From: Octopus sinensis
Lineage: Eukaryota
NCBI RefSeq assembly: GCF_006345805.1
Contig: NC_043002.1
Coordinates: forward strand, 35,340,001-35,404,000
Direction of reading: 5' to 3'
DNA length: 64,000 bases
The stretch's first letter is position 1, and every line of letters starts with the position of its first letter. The translations under genes were made by a program, and so were the position numbers. Below the pieces are notes generated by a model. The model was not told the DNA's origin, searched no databases, and saw only the letters and a list, made by a program, of their open reading frames with translations. This document shows, in pieces, positions 49,312 to 62,066 of the stretch.

Positions 49312-49711
49312 TACATACATATATAAAAATATATTCACACATGATAAGGCCGATTTATGGGATTATCCTGGCTTTCACGCCCATAAAACACTTAGCTTTA
49401 TGGCATATCATCAGATCCCAAAACCTGTTCGCTTAAGGCCACCTTAGAATGTGGAAGACGAAGGAGGAAAGACCTCGCTACTGTCAACAACAGCGGATTA
49501 CCTCCCTTTGACTATCGATCGCAAGTGACTTGTCTTGTGGGTTCCAAATAGGCCAGCAGGAATGTGTGTACGAGTGGATGTCTGTATATGTGTGAGTATA
49601 TGCACGTGTCGCTATGTATATATATATATATATATATGGACGTGCACATACATATATGTATGTGTGTGTATAAATATATGTATATATATGTGTGTGTGTG
49701 TGTGTGTGTAT

Positions 49712-51468
49712 ATATCATCATCATCATTTAGCGTCCGTTTTCCATGCTAGCATGGGTTGGACGGTTCAACTGGGGTCTGTGAAGCCGGAAGGCTGCATCA
49801 GGCCCAGTCAGATCTGGCAGTGTTTCTACGGCTGGACGCCCTTCCTAACGCCAACCACTCCGTGAGTGTAGTGGGTGCTTTTTACGTGCCAGACGGAGCT
49901 GGCAAACGGCCACGAACGGATGGTGCTTTTACGTGCCACCAGCACGGGGGCCAGGTGAGGCTGGCAACGGACACGAACCGATGGTGCTTTTACATGCCAC
50001 CGGCACGGGGGCCAGGGGAGGCTGGCAACGGACACGAACGGATGGTGCTTTTACATGCCACCGGCACGGGGGCCAGGCAAGGCTGGCAGCGGGCACTAGC
50101 GGATGGTGCTTTTACGTGCCACCGGTACGGGGGCCAGGGGAGGCTGGCAACGGATACGAACGGATGGTGCTTTTACGTGCCACCGGCACGGAGGCCAGAC
50201 GGGGCGGCGCCGGCAACGGCCACGATCGGATGGTTCGCTTAACCACAGCTGCAACTTCCACTGATGTTGATCGACCTCAATTTTGGTTCTGCTTTCTGAT
50301 ATCTGATTTGATTTGGTTTGATTTTGATTTTGACTGTTCTCACTGGTCTTGCCGGGTCTTCTCACGCACAGCATACTTCCATAGGTCTCGGTCTCTAGTC
50401 ATTTCGGTTAATATAGGGCGTAACAAATATCAGAAAATCAAAAAAGTGTGTGTTCTTGATACTCGTTTAGAACAAGTAGTTTTACACCAATTACACTATT
50501 TTTTCTTAGTTTAAAGGCCGTGGACTGAAGATGTGAAATTTCCGAAGCCTCTCCCCCACCCCCCTTTCGCGAGCGCGCATTTTTTTCATGATAGTCGTTT
50601 AGAGCAAGTTGTTTTACACCTATTACGCTGTTTTTGTTTTTGTTTTTGTGCCCGGTTCAGACGCTTTCGGAAATTCCCGATATAAATATTCCGAGGCCTC
50701 TCCCCCACCCCTCTTTCGCGAGAGCGCATTTTTTTTGTCATATTCGTTTAGAGCAAGTTGTTTTACACATATTACACTATTTTTTTATTGTTTTGGTGCC
50801 CGGGTCAGCTCCTCAGATGCTTTCGGAACTTCCCGATGTGAATTTTCCGAGGCCTCTCCCCCATCCCCCTTTCGCGTGCGCGAATTTTTTTTTTTCATAT
50901 TCGTTCATAGGAAGTTGTTTTACACCTATTACACACATTTTTTTTTTGATTTTCTGATATTTGTTACGCCCTATATTAACCGCCATTTCCTTGGTGAGAC
51001 CTAAAGTTCGAAGGTCGTGCTTCACCACCTCATTTTTCTGGGTCTACCTCTTCCACAGGTCCCCTCAACTGCCAAAGTGTGGCACTTTTTCACACACCTA
51101 TCTTCATCCATTCTCACCACATGACCATACCAGCGCAATCGTCTCTCTTGCACACAACAACTGATGCTTCTTAGGTCCAACTTTTCTCTCAAGGTACTTA
51201 CACTCTGTCGATTATGAACACTGACATTACACATCCATCGGAGCATACTAGCTTCATTTCTTGCGAGCTTACGCAAATCCTCAGCAGTCACAGCCCAAGT
51301 TTCACTACCATGTAGCATGGCTGTACGTACACATGCACCATACAGTCTGCCTTTTACTTTGAGCGAGAGGCCTTTTGCCCAGGCTATTCTTACTCTAGCA
51401 GTTACACTTTCAGCACACCCGCCCCCGCTACTGACTTGGTCAGCTAGGTAGCGGAAGCTATCAACTAC

Positions 51469-51472
<4 letters not shown>
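49712..51472 (-). mobile_element. RTE LINE 3' portion interrupted by a Merlin-type MITE
   Basis: EVVDSFRYLADQVSSGGGC...MLHGSETW...LRWYGHV (ORF 51022-51588). The 3' UTR is continuous across the insertion at 50406-50981. Confidence 0.88.
50406..50981. mobile_element. Non-autonomous TIR element (Merlin-like MITE)
   Basis: Perfect 40-bp TIRs GGTTAATATAGGGCGTAACAAATATCAGAAAATCAAAAAA (50406-50445 / 50942-50981). 8-bp TSD GTCATTTC/GCCATTTC with one mismatch. Three internal tandem units of about 150 bp. Confidence 0.8.
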
Positions 51473-51519
<47 letters not shown>

Positions 51520-51931
51520 TACATGTGCGTACTTGCATATCCACACATTTTGATAACTTTCTTTATACCTTATAAACGAATATTCCATTCTTTTATCAAC
51601 TATAAACTTACCTTATTTATATTTAAATTTCCTCTATCATCTCTATTTAATTTATTCTAATTCTATTTATCTACTCTCTTATCTCCAATCAACCTGTAAA
51701 CGCCACACACAAACATATAACAATGCAAATCATAAACTGTATCATGAATCCATAAACACGTAAAATATCCATGGGTATATCTTTTTCCCTCTGCAGATAT
51801 TATAAATATATTTAATATTTACTGAGTATTAATTGAAACCGCTGTAAGGGATGATGATTGATTTGCTGTTAATAATAAACAATTATTAAATTTCCAATCT
51901 CCATTTGCTTTTTCTTATACATATATATATG

Positions 51932-52314
51932 GGTGGAAGCACTCCGTTGGTTACGACGACGAGGGTTCCGGTTGATCCGAATCAACGGAACAGCCTGCTC
52001 GTGAAATTAACATGTAAGTGGCTGAGCACTCCACAGACACGTGTACCCTTAACGTAGTTCTCGGGGATATTCAACGTGACACAGAGATTGACAAGGCCGG
52101 CCATTTGAAATACAGGTACAACGGAAACAGGAAGTAAGAGTGAGAGAAAGTTGTGGTGAAAGAGTACAGCAGGGATCACCACCATCCCTGCCGGAGCCTC
52201 GTGGAGCTTTTAGGTGTTTTCGCTCAATAAACACTCACAACGCCCGGTCTGGGAATCGAAACCGCGATCCTATGACCGCGAGTCCGCTGCTCTAACCACT
52301 GGGCCATTGCGCCT

Positions 52315-52316
<2 letters not shown>
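51932..52316 (-). mobile_element. tRNA-derived SINE, family C
   Basis: Head GGCGCAATGGCCCAGTGGTTAGAGCAGCGG with A box TGGCCCAGTGG and B box GGTTTCGATTCC, followed by a non-tRNA body. Confidence 0.8.
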
Positions 52317-52371
<55 letters not shown>

Positions 52372-52379
52372 CACTCTCT

Positions 52380-52772
52380 TTTACATATTTCAGTCATTTG
52401 ACTGTGGGCATGTTGGAGCACTGCCTTTAGTCGAGCAAATCGACCCCAGGACTTATTCTTTGTAAGCCTAGTACTTATTCTATCGGTCTCATTTGCCAAA
52501 CTGCTTAGTTACGGAGACGTAAACACACCAGCATTGGTTGTCAAGCAATGTTGGGGAGACAAACACAGACACACAAACATATACACACACAAGCACATAT
52601 ATATATATACATATATACAACGGGGTTCTTTCAGTTTCCATCTACCAAATCTACTCACAAGGCTTTGGTCGGCTCGAAGCTCTAGTAGAAGACACCCAAG
52701 GTGCCACGCAGTGGGACCGAACCCAGAACCATGTGGTTGGTAAGCAAGCTACTTACCACACAGTCACTCCTA
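52380..52772 (-). mobile_element. tRNA-derived SINE, family B, near full length
   Basis: A-box-like TGACTGTGTGG and B-box-like GGTTCGGTCCC. Related copies at 7000-7377, 5370-5520, 46965-47130 (all minus) and 27850-27970 (+). Confidence 0.8.
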
Positions 52773-52944
52773 CACACACACACACACGCATAGCCACATA
52801 AGAAGTGTAGTGGTATCACAGGAAGGTTAATAGAGAAAATAGTTTTTTGTGTGGCAAATATGTGCATAAAATAGGTACTAAAAATATGCAGCAAATAGAC
52901 TTCCTCTAAAACTTGGGGTGGTTGGGTGTCCTTAGAAGTATTAG

Positions 52945-53285
52945 GTAGCTTCTGTTACCTAGGTGATGAAGTTAGCAGTGGAGAAGGAAGTTCTGAAAGC
53001 ATAGCTGATTAGAACTGGCTGGGCAAAGTTCAGAGAGTTTCTACCTTTGTTGATAACTAAGGGCCTCTCCCTTTGAGTGGAAGGCTGATTATATGACGCA
53101 TGTCTATGTACAGCTATGCTATAGGGCAGTGAGACATGGGCTATGACTACAGAGGACTTGCAAAGGTTTGAAAAAAATGAAGCCAGCATGCTCTTCTGGA
53201 TTGGTAATGTTGGTGTGCACATATGAGAAAATAAGTTAAGAAAACTGGGTATAAGAGACATCAGATGTTTTGTGCAAGAAAGGCA
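52945..53285 (+). pseudogene. Degenerate RTE RT C-terminal fragment
   Basis: YLGDEVSSG...MLxGSETWAMTTEDL. Confidence 0.7.
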
Positions 53286-53429
53286 TCATATGTTTACTAA
53301 CTAATTAAATTAGGATAATTACTTGCTTCTTGACCTGTTTAATATCTAATTCCTCGTTTCTCTAATTTAATATCTCATCGGCCATGAACACTATGAATGT
53401 ATTCTATACTAAACACTCCTATGCGATAG

Positions 53430-54720
53430 AGTGCTTAAGCTCAGGCTAGTCCTGCAGAACAGCACAGCTACAATTATCTCTGCCTATGCCCCACAAGCGG
53501 GCCTACCAAATGATCAGAAGGACCATTTTTATGATACCCTTCTACAGGCTACTTCTAAGAAGAGTGGCAATGACCTTATCTTTGCAGCTGGAGATTTTAA
53601 TGGGCATGTTGGACGACAATCCGGTATCTTCACTGGTGTACGCGGGGGTCATAGTATTGGTTCCCGAAACGATGAGGGAATTAGCCTACTAGAGTTCTGT
53701 CATGCTCGTAACCTTTTAATCTGCAACACTAACTTCAGGAAACCAGACATCCATCTGATAACCTATCAATCAGGTGACTCTGCTAGCCAGATTGATTTCA
53801 TCCTCACCAGACAGCAGGACGCAGGGTTGCTCTTAAATACAAAGACCCTCCCAGGTGTGTGAGAGAAAATTGTGATGTCACAGGAGAGAAATGTGTCCAC
53901 ATGGATGATGGTGCACTTGCTTTTAATGATTTTGAAAAGAAAGGCTGGAGAAGACACTATAAAATACTACTGAATTTGGAGAATAAATAGGAGGAGGAGA
54001 GCCTGCCAGATGTTGACTCAGTAGAGGGACCAGCTATCTGAATAGACTGCTCCCTGGTGGATAAAGCAATTAAGGGTATGAAGCCAGGAAAAGCCCCCGG
54101 CCCATCAGGAATCACTGCTGAGATGCTTAAAATATCTGGTGGTGTGGGCTATGGTTTAGTCACCTGCATTGTAAACCATGTAGTTCATGATGGAGTCATA
54201 CCCAATGACTGGCATAGCAGCACCATAGCCAACTGCTACAAGGGTAAAAGCGATGCTCTAGACAGAAATAACTACAGGGGTATCAAACTGCTGGATCAGG
54301 TGAAGGTCATGGAGAGTGTCATAACCCATCTCATTAGGGAGAGAATCTGATTAGATGAGATGCAGTTCGGTTTTTGTGCCAGGTAGAAGCACTACTGATG
54401 CTATATTCCTGGTTTGACAACTGCAGGAGAAATACCTAGCTAAAGATAAACCCCTATACTTAACTTTTGTGGACTTGGCGAAAGCCTTTGACAGGGTCCC
54501 CCGATCCCTTATTTGGTGGCAATGCAGAAACTGGGAATAGACGAATGGTTAATAAGGGCTGTACAGGCCCTATACAGAGAGGCCAATAGTAAGGTTAGGA
54601 TCGGCAATGAGTATAGTGAAGAATTCCAGGTAGAAGTAGGGGTCCACCAAGGATCAGCCCTCAGTCTCCTTTTATTCATCATAGCCCTCCAGGCAATAAC
54701 AGAGGAATTCAAGACAGGTT
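53430..54720 (+). pseudogene. RTE LINE fragment: APE endonuclease plus RT domains 0-4, internally deleted
   Basis: IISAYAPQ, AGDFNGHVG, QIDFIL; MKPGKAPGPSGI, NYRGIKLL, FVDLAKAFDRVP, GVHQGSALS. Confidence 0.9.
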
Positions 54721-55269
54721 GAATTCCTTAATTTATTGGATGTTAAGCGATGATGATGATATAGATATATATATATATACATACACAAACACACACACAA
54801 AAATATAATGTAAAAATAAATAACAAAGCATAAAGAAAATTCCATATACACAGTGCAAGCATGTGTAAGAGATCCACATCATTATTGATAAGGCTGTGAA
54901 GAACTGTGGTTCACTAATGAATCAATTTATTAATGAACTAATATCTAGCTAATTAACAATAAAACTAATATAAATTACTACTATTATGTGTATGTGTGTG
55001 TGTGTTTTACTTAGCTGCATGACTGATACAAAGAATAACATGTTACAACATGATTCCACATCCAAACTAACAAGACTTATGACAGATAGATAGATGGATG
55101 GCTGAGTTTGTTTACTCATAGTTATCGAAAACTGCTGACTGATATGTATGATTGCAAGGAGAAAGATGCAGACACATTTGGTACAGATGACAACTGATAA
55201 TTTCTTCTAAATAACCTGTTCAGGACTACAGATCAGACATGCAGCTAGTTTCCTAAGACACCATATCAC

Positions 55270-55960
55270 AGAGTGAGGCATTTTGTCAAAGGCTTTCTTC
55301 AGATCAACAAATGCTAAGTACAACAGATTATTCTTGGCTAAATACTTCTCTTTCAGTTGTCGCTTCTCCCCAGCTCAAAACCAAACTGCATTTCATCTAG
55401 CTTAATTCCATTCCTAATTAATTGGGCTACAACTCTCTCCATAACTTTCATTACCTGGTCCAGCCTCTATAATTACTTCTATCTAAGATATCTCTTTTAG
55501 CCTTGTTACAGCTGATTATGATGCTGTTACATCACATTTCTGCAGATTACACCTTCCTGAATAATCTGAATAATTATACAGGTGACTAGACTGTATCCTA
55601 TTCTACCAGATACTTTAAGTATCTCAGCAGAGTCTCTTGATGAACCAGGAGATGTCTCCATCTTTATATCATTAATTGCCTTATCTATCATACTACTGTC
55701 AACTAGAATAGCTGATTCCAATGTTTGGTTCACAAGGGGGATTTCTTTCATTCATTTAATAGCTTTACATAAAAACTCATAGACACCTCTTTCTTTTCAG
55801 GATCACAGTGAAAGCATACCATTATCCATCCATATACACTTCTCTCCCTTATCATCTCAATTCTCTCGGACACACTGTCAAGTAATCTAGAGCACTTCAA
55901 GTCTCTGACCTTCACACTGTTAGACATTGGCAAACCTCTTCCTCTTTGCATTTGCCATGA
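55270..55960 (-). pseudogene. Degenerate RTE RT fragment
   Basis: KAINDIKMETSPGSSRDSAEILKVSG, similar to 54057-54350. Confidence 0.65.
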
Positions 55961-57106
55961 CTAGATAAACCTGAAGCCTAGCTTCACTTTATAAATACAT
56001 ATGTGTATTATATATATGGAGAGAAGTGTATTCCTATGCAAGAAAGAATATAGAATTTAGTTGGGGGTTTGAAAATGCATCTGAATCTCAATCAATTTAT
56101 TCAGTACTAAAAAAACCGGTTCTGACAATTTTTTCGTTTGTCATTGGTAGAAAAACAAATAGGAAAAAGGCTTAGAAGAATTTAAAGTTACAGGGAAAAA
56201 TTTGGAAAAACCTGTTTAAACAATCAACTGTTCATAGAAATTGAGTGTCACGGAGATAGACAGTAATATAAGTTGAAATGTTTGGTGAAGTTCATAAAGG
56301 TCATACATAATTGTAAGTTCAGTAATATTGAGTTTTATCAATGATAAAGTTTTTTTTTAAAAATGGCGAGGAAGAAAAAGAGTTTTTTTTCATAATTTCT
56401 ATCATAGTGTATGAAGGAGGGTTCTTTATTGCTGGTTTTACTGATGAGAGTTTGAAATGTTTTAAGTTAAAATTGCTTTATGTATGTATGTATGTACTGG
56501 TTCAGTTAGCTGAGTATTTATTTGTTTTTTTTTCCTGAGGGTGCAGTTTTGACCAGAAAACAATCTTATTGGTTCAATCTAGGGTGATGTCAGTAGCAAC
56601 TGGTGTTTGAGAAGGTGTAAGTAGTTTGGAGTTAGGGTTTTGAATCCCTGAGGTAACCTGTTAGTTAAACTTTTGATTTATATCTGTTGTCTCTGGTCAT
56701 TTTTTCATAAAATTGAATTTTTTCATTATGATGTATTAAGATAGAGTATAGAGTTGTGGTTTATCTTTTTTAATAAACATATTTTTTCTTATTTAATCAG
56801 AATTGGGCTGAAGTGTTTCCAGTGCATTGATAGAGATGGAAAATCTGATATTATGGGTTTTTGTTTGTGAGGCACAGGCTGTTTGTGATGCACAGGTGAA
56901 ATGATTTTTTTATGGTGAATATTTGATCTGACTTGAAGTCATGTTAAACCTTCCATAAGGTTGATCTAGGGCCCGCAGTTACAGCAGTTACATTTTTTGA
57001 CTGGTGGGCTCGTATTTTTGGTGGGTAGTTTGATGCTAGTAAGTAACCTTTTTAGGGATTTAGGTTGTCTTTTACTTTTAATAATTTATTCATCTGAAGG
57101 GGTATA

Positions 57107-57957
57107 ATAATAATAATAATAATAATAATTGTGTACAGTGCTCAGGTGCACTACAACTCATCTAAAGTGTATATATAATCAGGTGTAGTTTCGGCGGATT
57201 TCGGAAAGCATGAGGGCCTTAAAAGATGCAGTGTCATGGCAGTCAACAACTGACGCAGGCAGTTTATTCCATGCTTCAGCAACTCTTAGCGTGAAAAAAT
57301 GTTTCCGAAAGTCATGGGAGCTGTATTGTTTTCTGACTTTGTAGGCATGTCCACGTGTGTTAGACACATGGAGATCAAAAAGGTGTTCAGTGTTGTTGTT
57401 GGTGAGGTGGTTGATAACTTCGTGGGTGTTTACCAAGTCCGTCGCCAAACGCCGGAGCTTCAGTGAATCCATGCCCAGGGAAACAAGGCGCTCAGAATAT
57501 GGTAGGTGTCTGATGGAGGGTATGCGTTTGGTTGCACGTCTCTGGACAGATTCCAGGAGGTCAATGTTCTGTGCAAGATAGGGGTTCCAAACTGATGATG
57601 CGAATTCCAAGTGTGGTCGTACCATAGCTGTATACAGTTTTAAATAGATGGCTGGAGAGCGGCTAACAAAAGACCTGCTGAGTGATGCCAAGACACCCTC
57701 GGCCTTCCTGACAATCTTAGAGATATGCTTTGACCAACGCAAATCACTGCTGACAGTGATGCCTAGGTCACGCTCGCAAGAGGATTTCTTGATATCAGTG
57801 TTGTGGAGGGAGTATGTGAACGCAGGGTTTTTTCTCCCAAAATGCATGGTGGTACACTTGTCCACAGCCAGTTTCAGTTGCCAGTCTGTGATCCATTGCT
57901 GCATTGTGTCTAGGTCTGATTGCATTGTGTCTGATTGCATTGTGTCTAGGTCTGATT
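57107..57957 (-). mobile_element. Young 5'-truncated CR1-clade LINE with TSD
   Basis: Uninterrupted 253-aa frame (WQLKLAVDKC, ERDLGI, VRPHLEFASSVWNPY, LESVQRRATK, WNKLP). (ATT)n tail. 19-bp TSD ATTCATCTGAAGGGGTATA at 57088-57106 and 57955-57973. Confidence 0.93.
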
Positions 57958-58648
57958 CATCTGAAGGGGTATATTCTGATGAATGATGTTGTATGCTTCA
58001 ATATTACTTGGATTGTGCGTTGATACATAAGATAAAGTTTTAAGTGTGCCAGGGGGTTTTCTTGTTTTTTGTAACTCTTGGAAAAGGACATGGAATCATA
58101 CAAATTTTTTTTTACATAATTGTATGAATTTCATGTACAGAACACAAATTCTCAAAAATTTCCTACGAATTCCTTCCAAATCAAAAAAAAGTTATGAGGA
58201 CTTATATGGGGTGCTTAAACCAGAACTTCACCCTTCATATACCTATCTTTATATGTAAAATTATCTTTTTCTACTTCTTTAAGGGGCTCTCCTCATCTCT
58301 ATGTATAGCTATGTAGGCAATCCTGTGTCCACTCCACCGATTTTGTTTCCTCATAACTTCCAGAAAAATACATAATTTTCTACAAATACACTTCTGATTG
58401 TATAGATTCCTATTCTATCGAAATTTGTTGTGAAAAAAAATTTTCTGTGGGTGGGAAGAGGGATTTCGGAAAATTTACACGAGTTGGCTTTGTTTCCTCA
58501 TGACTTTCAGAAAAATGGGTATTTTTGAATGAAATTGTAAGATTAGGGTTAGGGTTTTCAGTTTAGAGAAGAAAACAAAGTAAATAAATATTAAGAGGGA
58601 GATAAGTAATAAAAGAAGCAAAGGGACATAACTAAGTTCTCATTCTTT

Positions 58649-59047
58649 ATGAAGAAGACCAGCGGCACCACAATTCATTTTTCCTGAACTCGAAATCCTC
58701 AAACGTGAAGGAATATCACTCAGCCGAGTCACAAAACAAGATTCTTCAGTGGTTGGCCAGCGTCGACTAATTATGAATATGTACACTTGCGAAAATTGTA
58801 ATTCACCGTGTGGCCTTACTACACGTGGTGTCGCTATTGATGGGAAAATGTACTGCAAGGATCTGTAAAAAGAGGAAATCAGTTCGTCACCGTTCATTCT
58901 TCGAAAAAAAGCCTTATTTCACTGTACAATATCATTTTGAACATTTATTGTTGGTCACGCGATATGTTGCAAGACGATATTATGCATGAGTCTTCCATAA
59001 ACAGTCGGACTACAGCCATAGATTGGAGTAATTTCTGCCGTAGGTAA
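58649..59047 (+). pseudogene. Merlin (IS1016/IS1595-like) transposase N-terminal fragment
   Basis: CENC...DGKMYC..CKKRKSVRHRSFFE and IYCWSRDMLQDDIMHESSINSRTTAIDWSNFCR, with frameshifts. Confidence 0.7.
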
Positions 59048-59239
59048 TTGTTCAGTTTAGGGATATTAAAAAAGAAAATAAAAGTTTTTATTTTTCCGCT
59101 AAATAAAATAGTCAGAAAATGTTATTGCCTTCACAGCGTTTTACAAAATCAAACTAGAAACTGGATAAAACAGAGAACACAATTGAAAAAAATTTAAAAC
59201 GAAAGCAATTCACCATCTTGGGTTGAAAAGTTGGGAGCG

Positions 59240-60962
59240 CTGGGAAACCTCTCTAATAGCTATTGAGGCACGCTTGCAGCATTGCCGCGGGTGATGGCGA
59301 GGCTGATGCGCCCTCATGAGCCTCACCAGTTACCTCTGCAAGGCGAGTTGCCAGTGAAGACAGGAATCTCGCAGTTAGCGGTCCGACCACATCAAAATGT
59401 CTCGAACGTCACAGGATGGAAAATGTAATTGGCCGACAGATCGCGGTATTTCAGGATTTTCTTCCGCTCAGGCGCAGAAGCTGTGGATCTCGCCCTGTTG
59501 GCAGCATCCAGGATGTGAGAAGAAGCAAAGGAATCACTAACTGTGACATCCAGACAAAGCATCTACCTTGCGACCTGATGCCCATCACATCTGGACTACC
59601 CAGATGGTTCCAGGATGGAGGGGATCTTTGTCCGGGTCAAGCTCCTCTTGAGCATCAGGTTGAAGTCCGTATGACGCGCGAAGCGACCAGCATTCAGGTA
59701 GCAAGAAAGGCCGTGGAGGCCTGTGGAATCAAGGAGCCTGCTACAACGACAGATCAAACCCGTGCATATGTTAGCTCCCACTCTGAGGGCAATGGAGACA
59801 CGAAGTTCGTCCAAGCTGAGTAGGCCACGGGGATGGCAACACTCCAGTCACCCGAGTATTTGGCGCTAGCAGACAGTAAGCAGCACCTTGAAAACTGGTC
59901 CGACTGGATGAAGAGGAAGTCGAAGGTGGCCTTCGATTCCCAAGCTCTCTGACTCCGACAGTCCTCCACCTTCTCAGGAGCAGACAAGCTCAATTCTCTC
60001 CAGTGTTGGAGAGCTTCATACAACTCCCTGTTGGAACTGGTCCATGTTGAAGAGGAGAGAATGTTACTCACCAGGGTGGAGTAGGCGTGGGTGGAGGAAA
60101 GGAAACAAGGGAGAGAGAGGGAGAAACACGAAGACCAAGACCTCCAAATCACTTGGGCAATGCAGCCTGATCGCTGGACGTTGGAGAGAGTCCGACATTG
60201 ACGAAGCATTCGAGTCTCTCAAAGATTAAGTTATCGAAGCACTGGAGGCACGATGGGAATCGGTAAAATGAGCTGACTCTGAGTAAATACAGAAGATAGG
60301 GATCGAGAGGTAATTCCTAAGTATGAAAAAACCTTGATGGGGTTCGATAGCTTCAATATTTTTCAGCAATTGCTTCCACTGGAAGATGGACTCATAGGCA
60401 AGGTCAGTGATTAGGGCACCTAGAGAACACCAAGCCGATGTGGAGGGACCGCAATGGAAGGGAAGGACTCTGCACAAAGGTCAATAGTTGGTTGATGTTG
60501 AGAAGCCGGGTGGTTGAGGATCCGGAGCTCACATTTGAAGCTGTTTATTTGGAGATCCCGGCGACCAAGCTCTCTAACTATCATGTTTGCAATGGCGAGA
60601 ACCTTGTCCAAGGTGCCCCCCCCCCCACACACACAAGCCTCGTCGAGATACTAGACGTTGGGGTCTAGCTCGACGCCCATCTTGGTGATGTCTTCAATGC
60701 CCAGAGCGAGCCCGAGTGGTTCGCCCTGTTGAACTTCTGAGGCGGAGGTGATGATTTGGTCATTGAAAAAGAGATAGGAGGGCTCCCGATAAGCCTAACC
60801 TGCAAGGCGATAGAGTTGTGGGACCTCTCTTACTGAGCTGAGGACAGCATTGCGGCTGATGGAGTTGAAGGCATTCTTCAGGTCAAGTTTGAGGATGACC
60901 TTGGGTGACAAAGGTTGCAAGTTGGCATAGGCTCTGGTAGCGTGGGCAGCAGCTTCACATCC
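59240..60962 (-). pseudogene. Decayed CRE-clade non-LTR retrotransposon (RT plus CCHC/restriction-like endonuclease)
   Basis: GCEAAAHATRAY, LKLDLKNAFNSISR, VQQGEPLG, YLDE, LRVSIALRVG..CRC..LHGLSC..RHTDFN, EPSG, LDVTVSD, ISLAITRGNAASV. Confidence 0.82.
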
Positions 60963-61415
60963 TAATTTTAAGTTTCATTTTGTAGATATATGTGACGTGG
61001 GTCAGTATGTATGTGTACGAGTCCGCCAATTTTTTTTTTTTCATATTAAATTACGATATAATCGTAATCTACGCGCTCTAAAAGGTATTTATGAAACATT
61101 TCATAAAAAATTACCCATTTTTGTGAATGTTATAAGTAAAGCTGGCAAGTGAATTTTCCGAAACTCCTTGCCTCCATCCTCGGAAATGTTTTTCACAACA
61201 CACATACTCCGATATAATGAGAATCTACACAATCGAAAGCGTATTTATAGAAAATCTCATTAAATGATATCCATTTTTCTGGATGTTATGAGGCAACAAA
61301 TTCGTGGGGAGGGTTTACACACGTGTAGGAATTCTCTGAAGACCTTTTGACCAGCTGACAGTACTATTTTCCATCTCCATGAGATGAAAAGTTAAATTTG
61401 TCTTTGTATGTAGTC

Positions 61416-61480
61416 TTGTAGTCTGATGAGCTGTCCACAAAGCTGCGGCTTTTGTGGATGCGAAATCATTGGTCACTCAA
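61416..61480 (+). ncRNA. Type I hammerhead ribozyme, intact core, long stem II
   Basis: CUGAUGA at 61423-61429, 13-bp bulged stem II closed by G-C, GAAA at 61462-61465, GUC at 61472-61474, stem I AGU/ACU extendable across a bulge. Confidence 0.75.
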
Positions 61481-61547
61481 TGACCAGACATTAACTTTAT
61501 TGCTTTAATATGTATATTAAAAGTAATTGGGTCCATGTCCGGTCATG

Positions 61548-61607
61548 GAGTGACCGATGTTTCGCATCCTCAAAAGGTCTAGACTTGTGGACGTTTCGTC
61601 AGACTGT
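61548..61607 (-). ncRNA. Type I hammerhead motif, inverted partner of 61416-61480
   Basis: CUGACGA, GAAA, GUC and stem I AGU/ACU are present. The 10.1-11.1 pair is mismatched. Confidence 0.6.
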
Positions 61608-61632
61608 AAAGCCAAAGGCATATACATATACG

Positions 61633-61664
<32 letters not shown>

Positions 61665-61986
61665 AGAGAAATAACCTCTATTAAGTAATTCAATTGATAA
61701 TGAAAGATATTATCTATATTAAATCAAATCGATAATATTAAAATTAATTCGATTTAAAAATATAGCCACTCTTCAGGTCTTGATAAATTTCTTAGTAACG
61801 CTAGGTTCTGAGTTTAACGTTTAAAATTTCAGTTAACCGGTATTCTTCATTAAGATAAGTTATGATTTTATGTTTCATTAATATTGTTACATTTTATTCG
61901 ATTATTTATTGTTACGATACGTGTATTTCTATATATATTTCTTAATTATTATATGTTAAGATAAATACATTTATTTTATTATTTTA

Positions 61987-62066
61987 GACCTGAAGAGTGG
62001 CTATATTTTTAAATCGAATTAATTTTAATATTGATTTAAAGATATAGTCACGAAACGCGGGTAGTC
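61987..62066 (+). ncRNA. Type I hammerhead ribozyme with about 19-bp stem II
   Basis: GAC-CUGAAGA (61990-61996)-GUGGCUAUAU...AUAUAGUCAC-GAAA-CGCGG-GUA (62061-62063)-GUC. All core nucleotides are present. Confidence 0.78.

Noticed and set aside
48600-50230. CRISPR-like array of roughly 62-bp repeats
   Set aside because: The units are contiguous without unique spacers, lie inside LINE 3' UTRs, and there are no cas genes in this eukaryotic context.
58546-58558. TTAGGG telomeric repeat
   Set aside because: Only two units, which is expected by chance.
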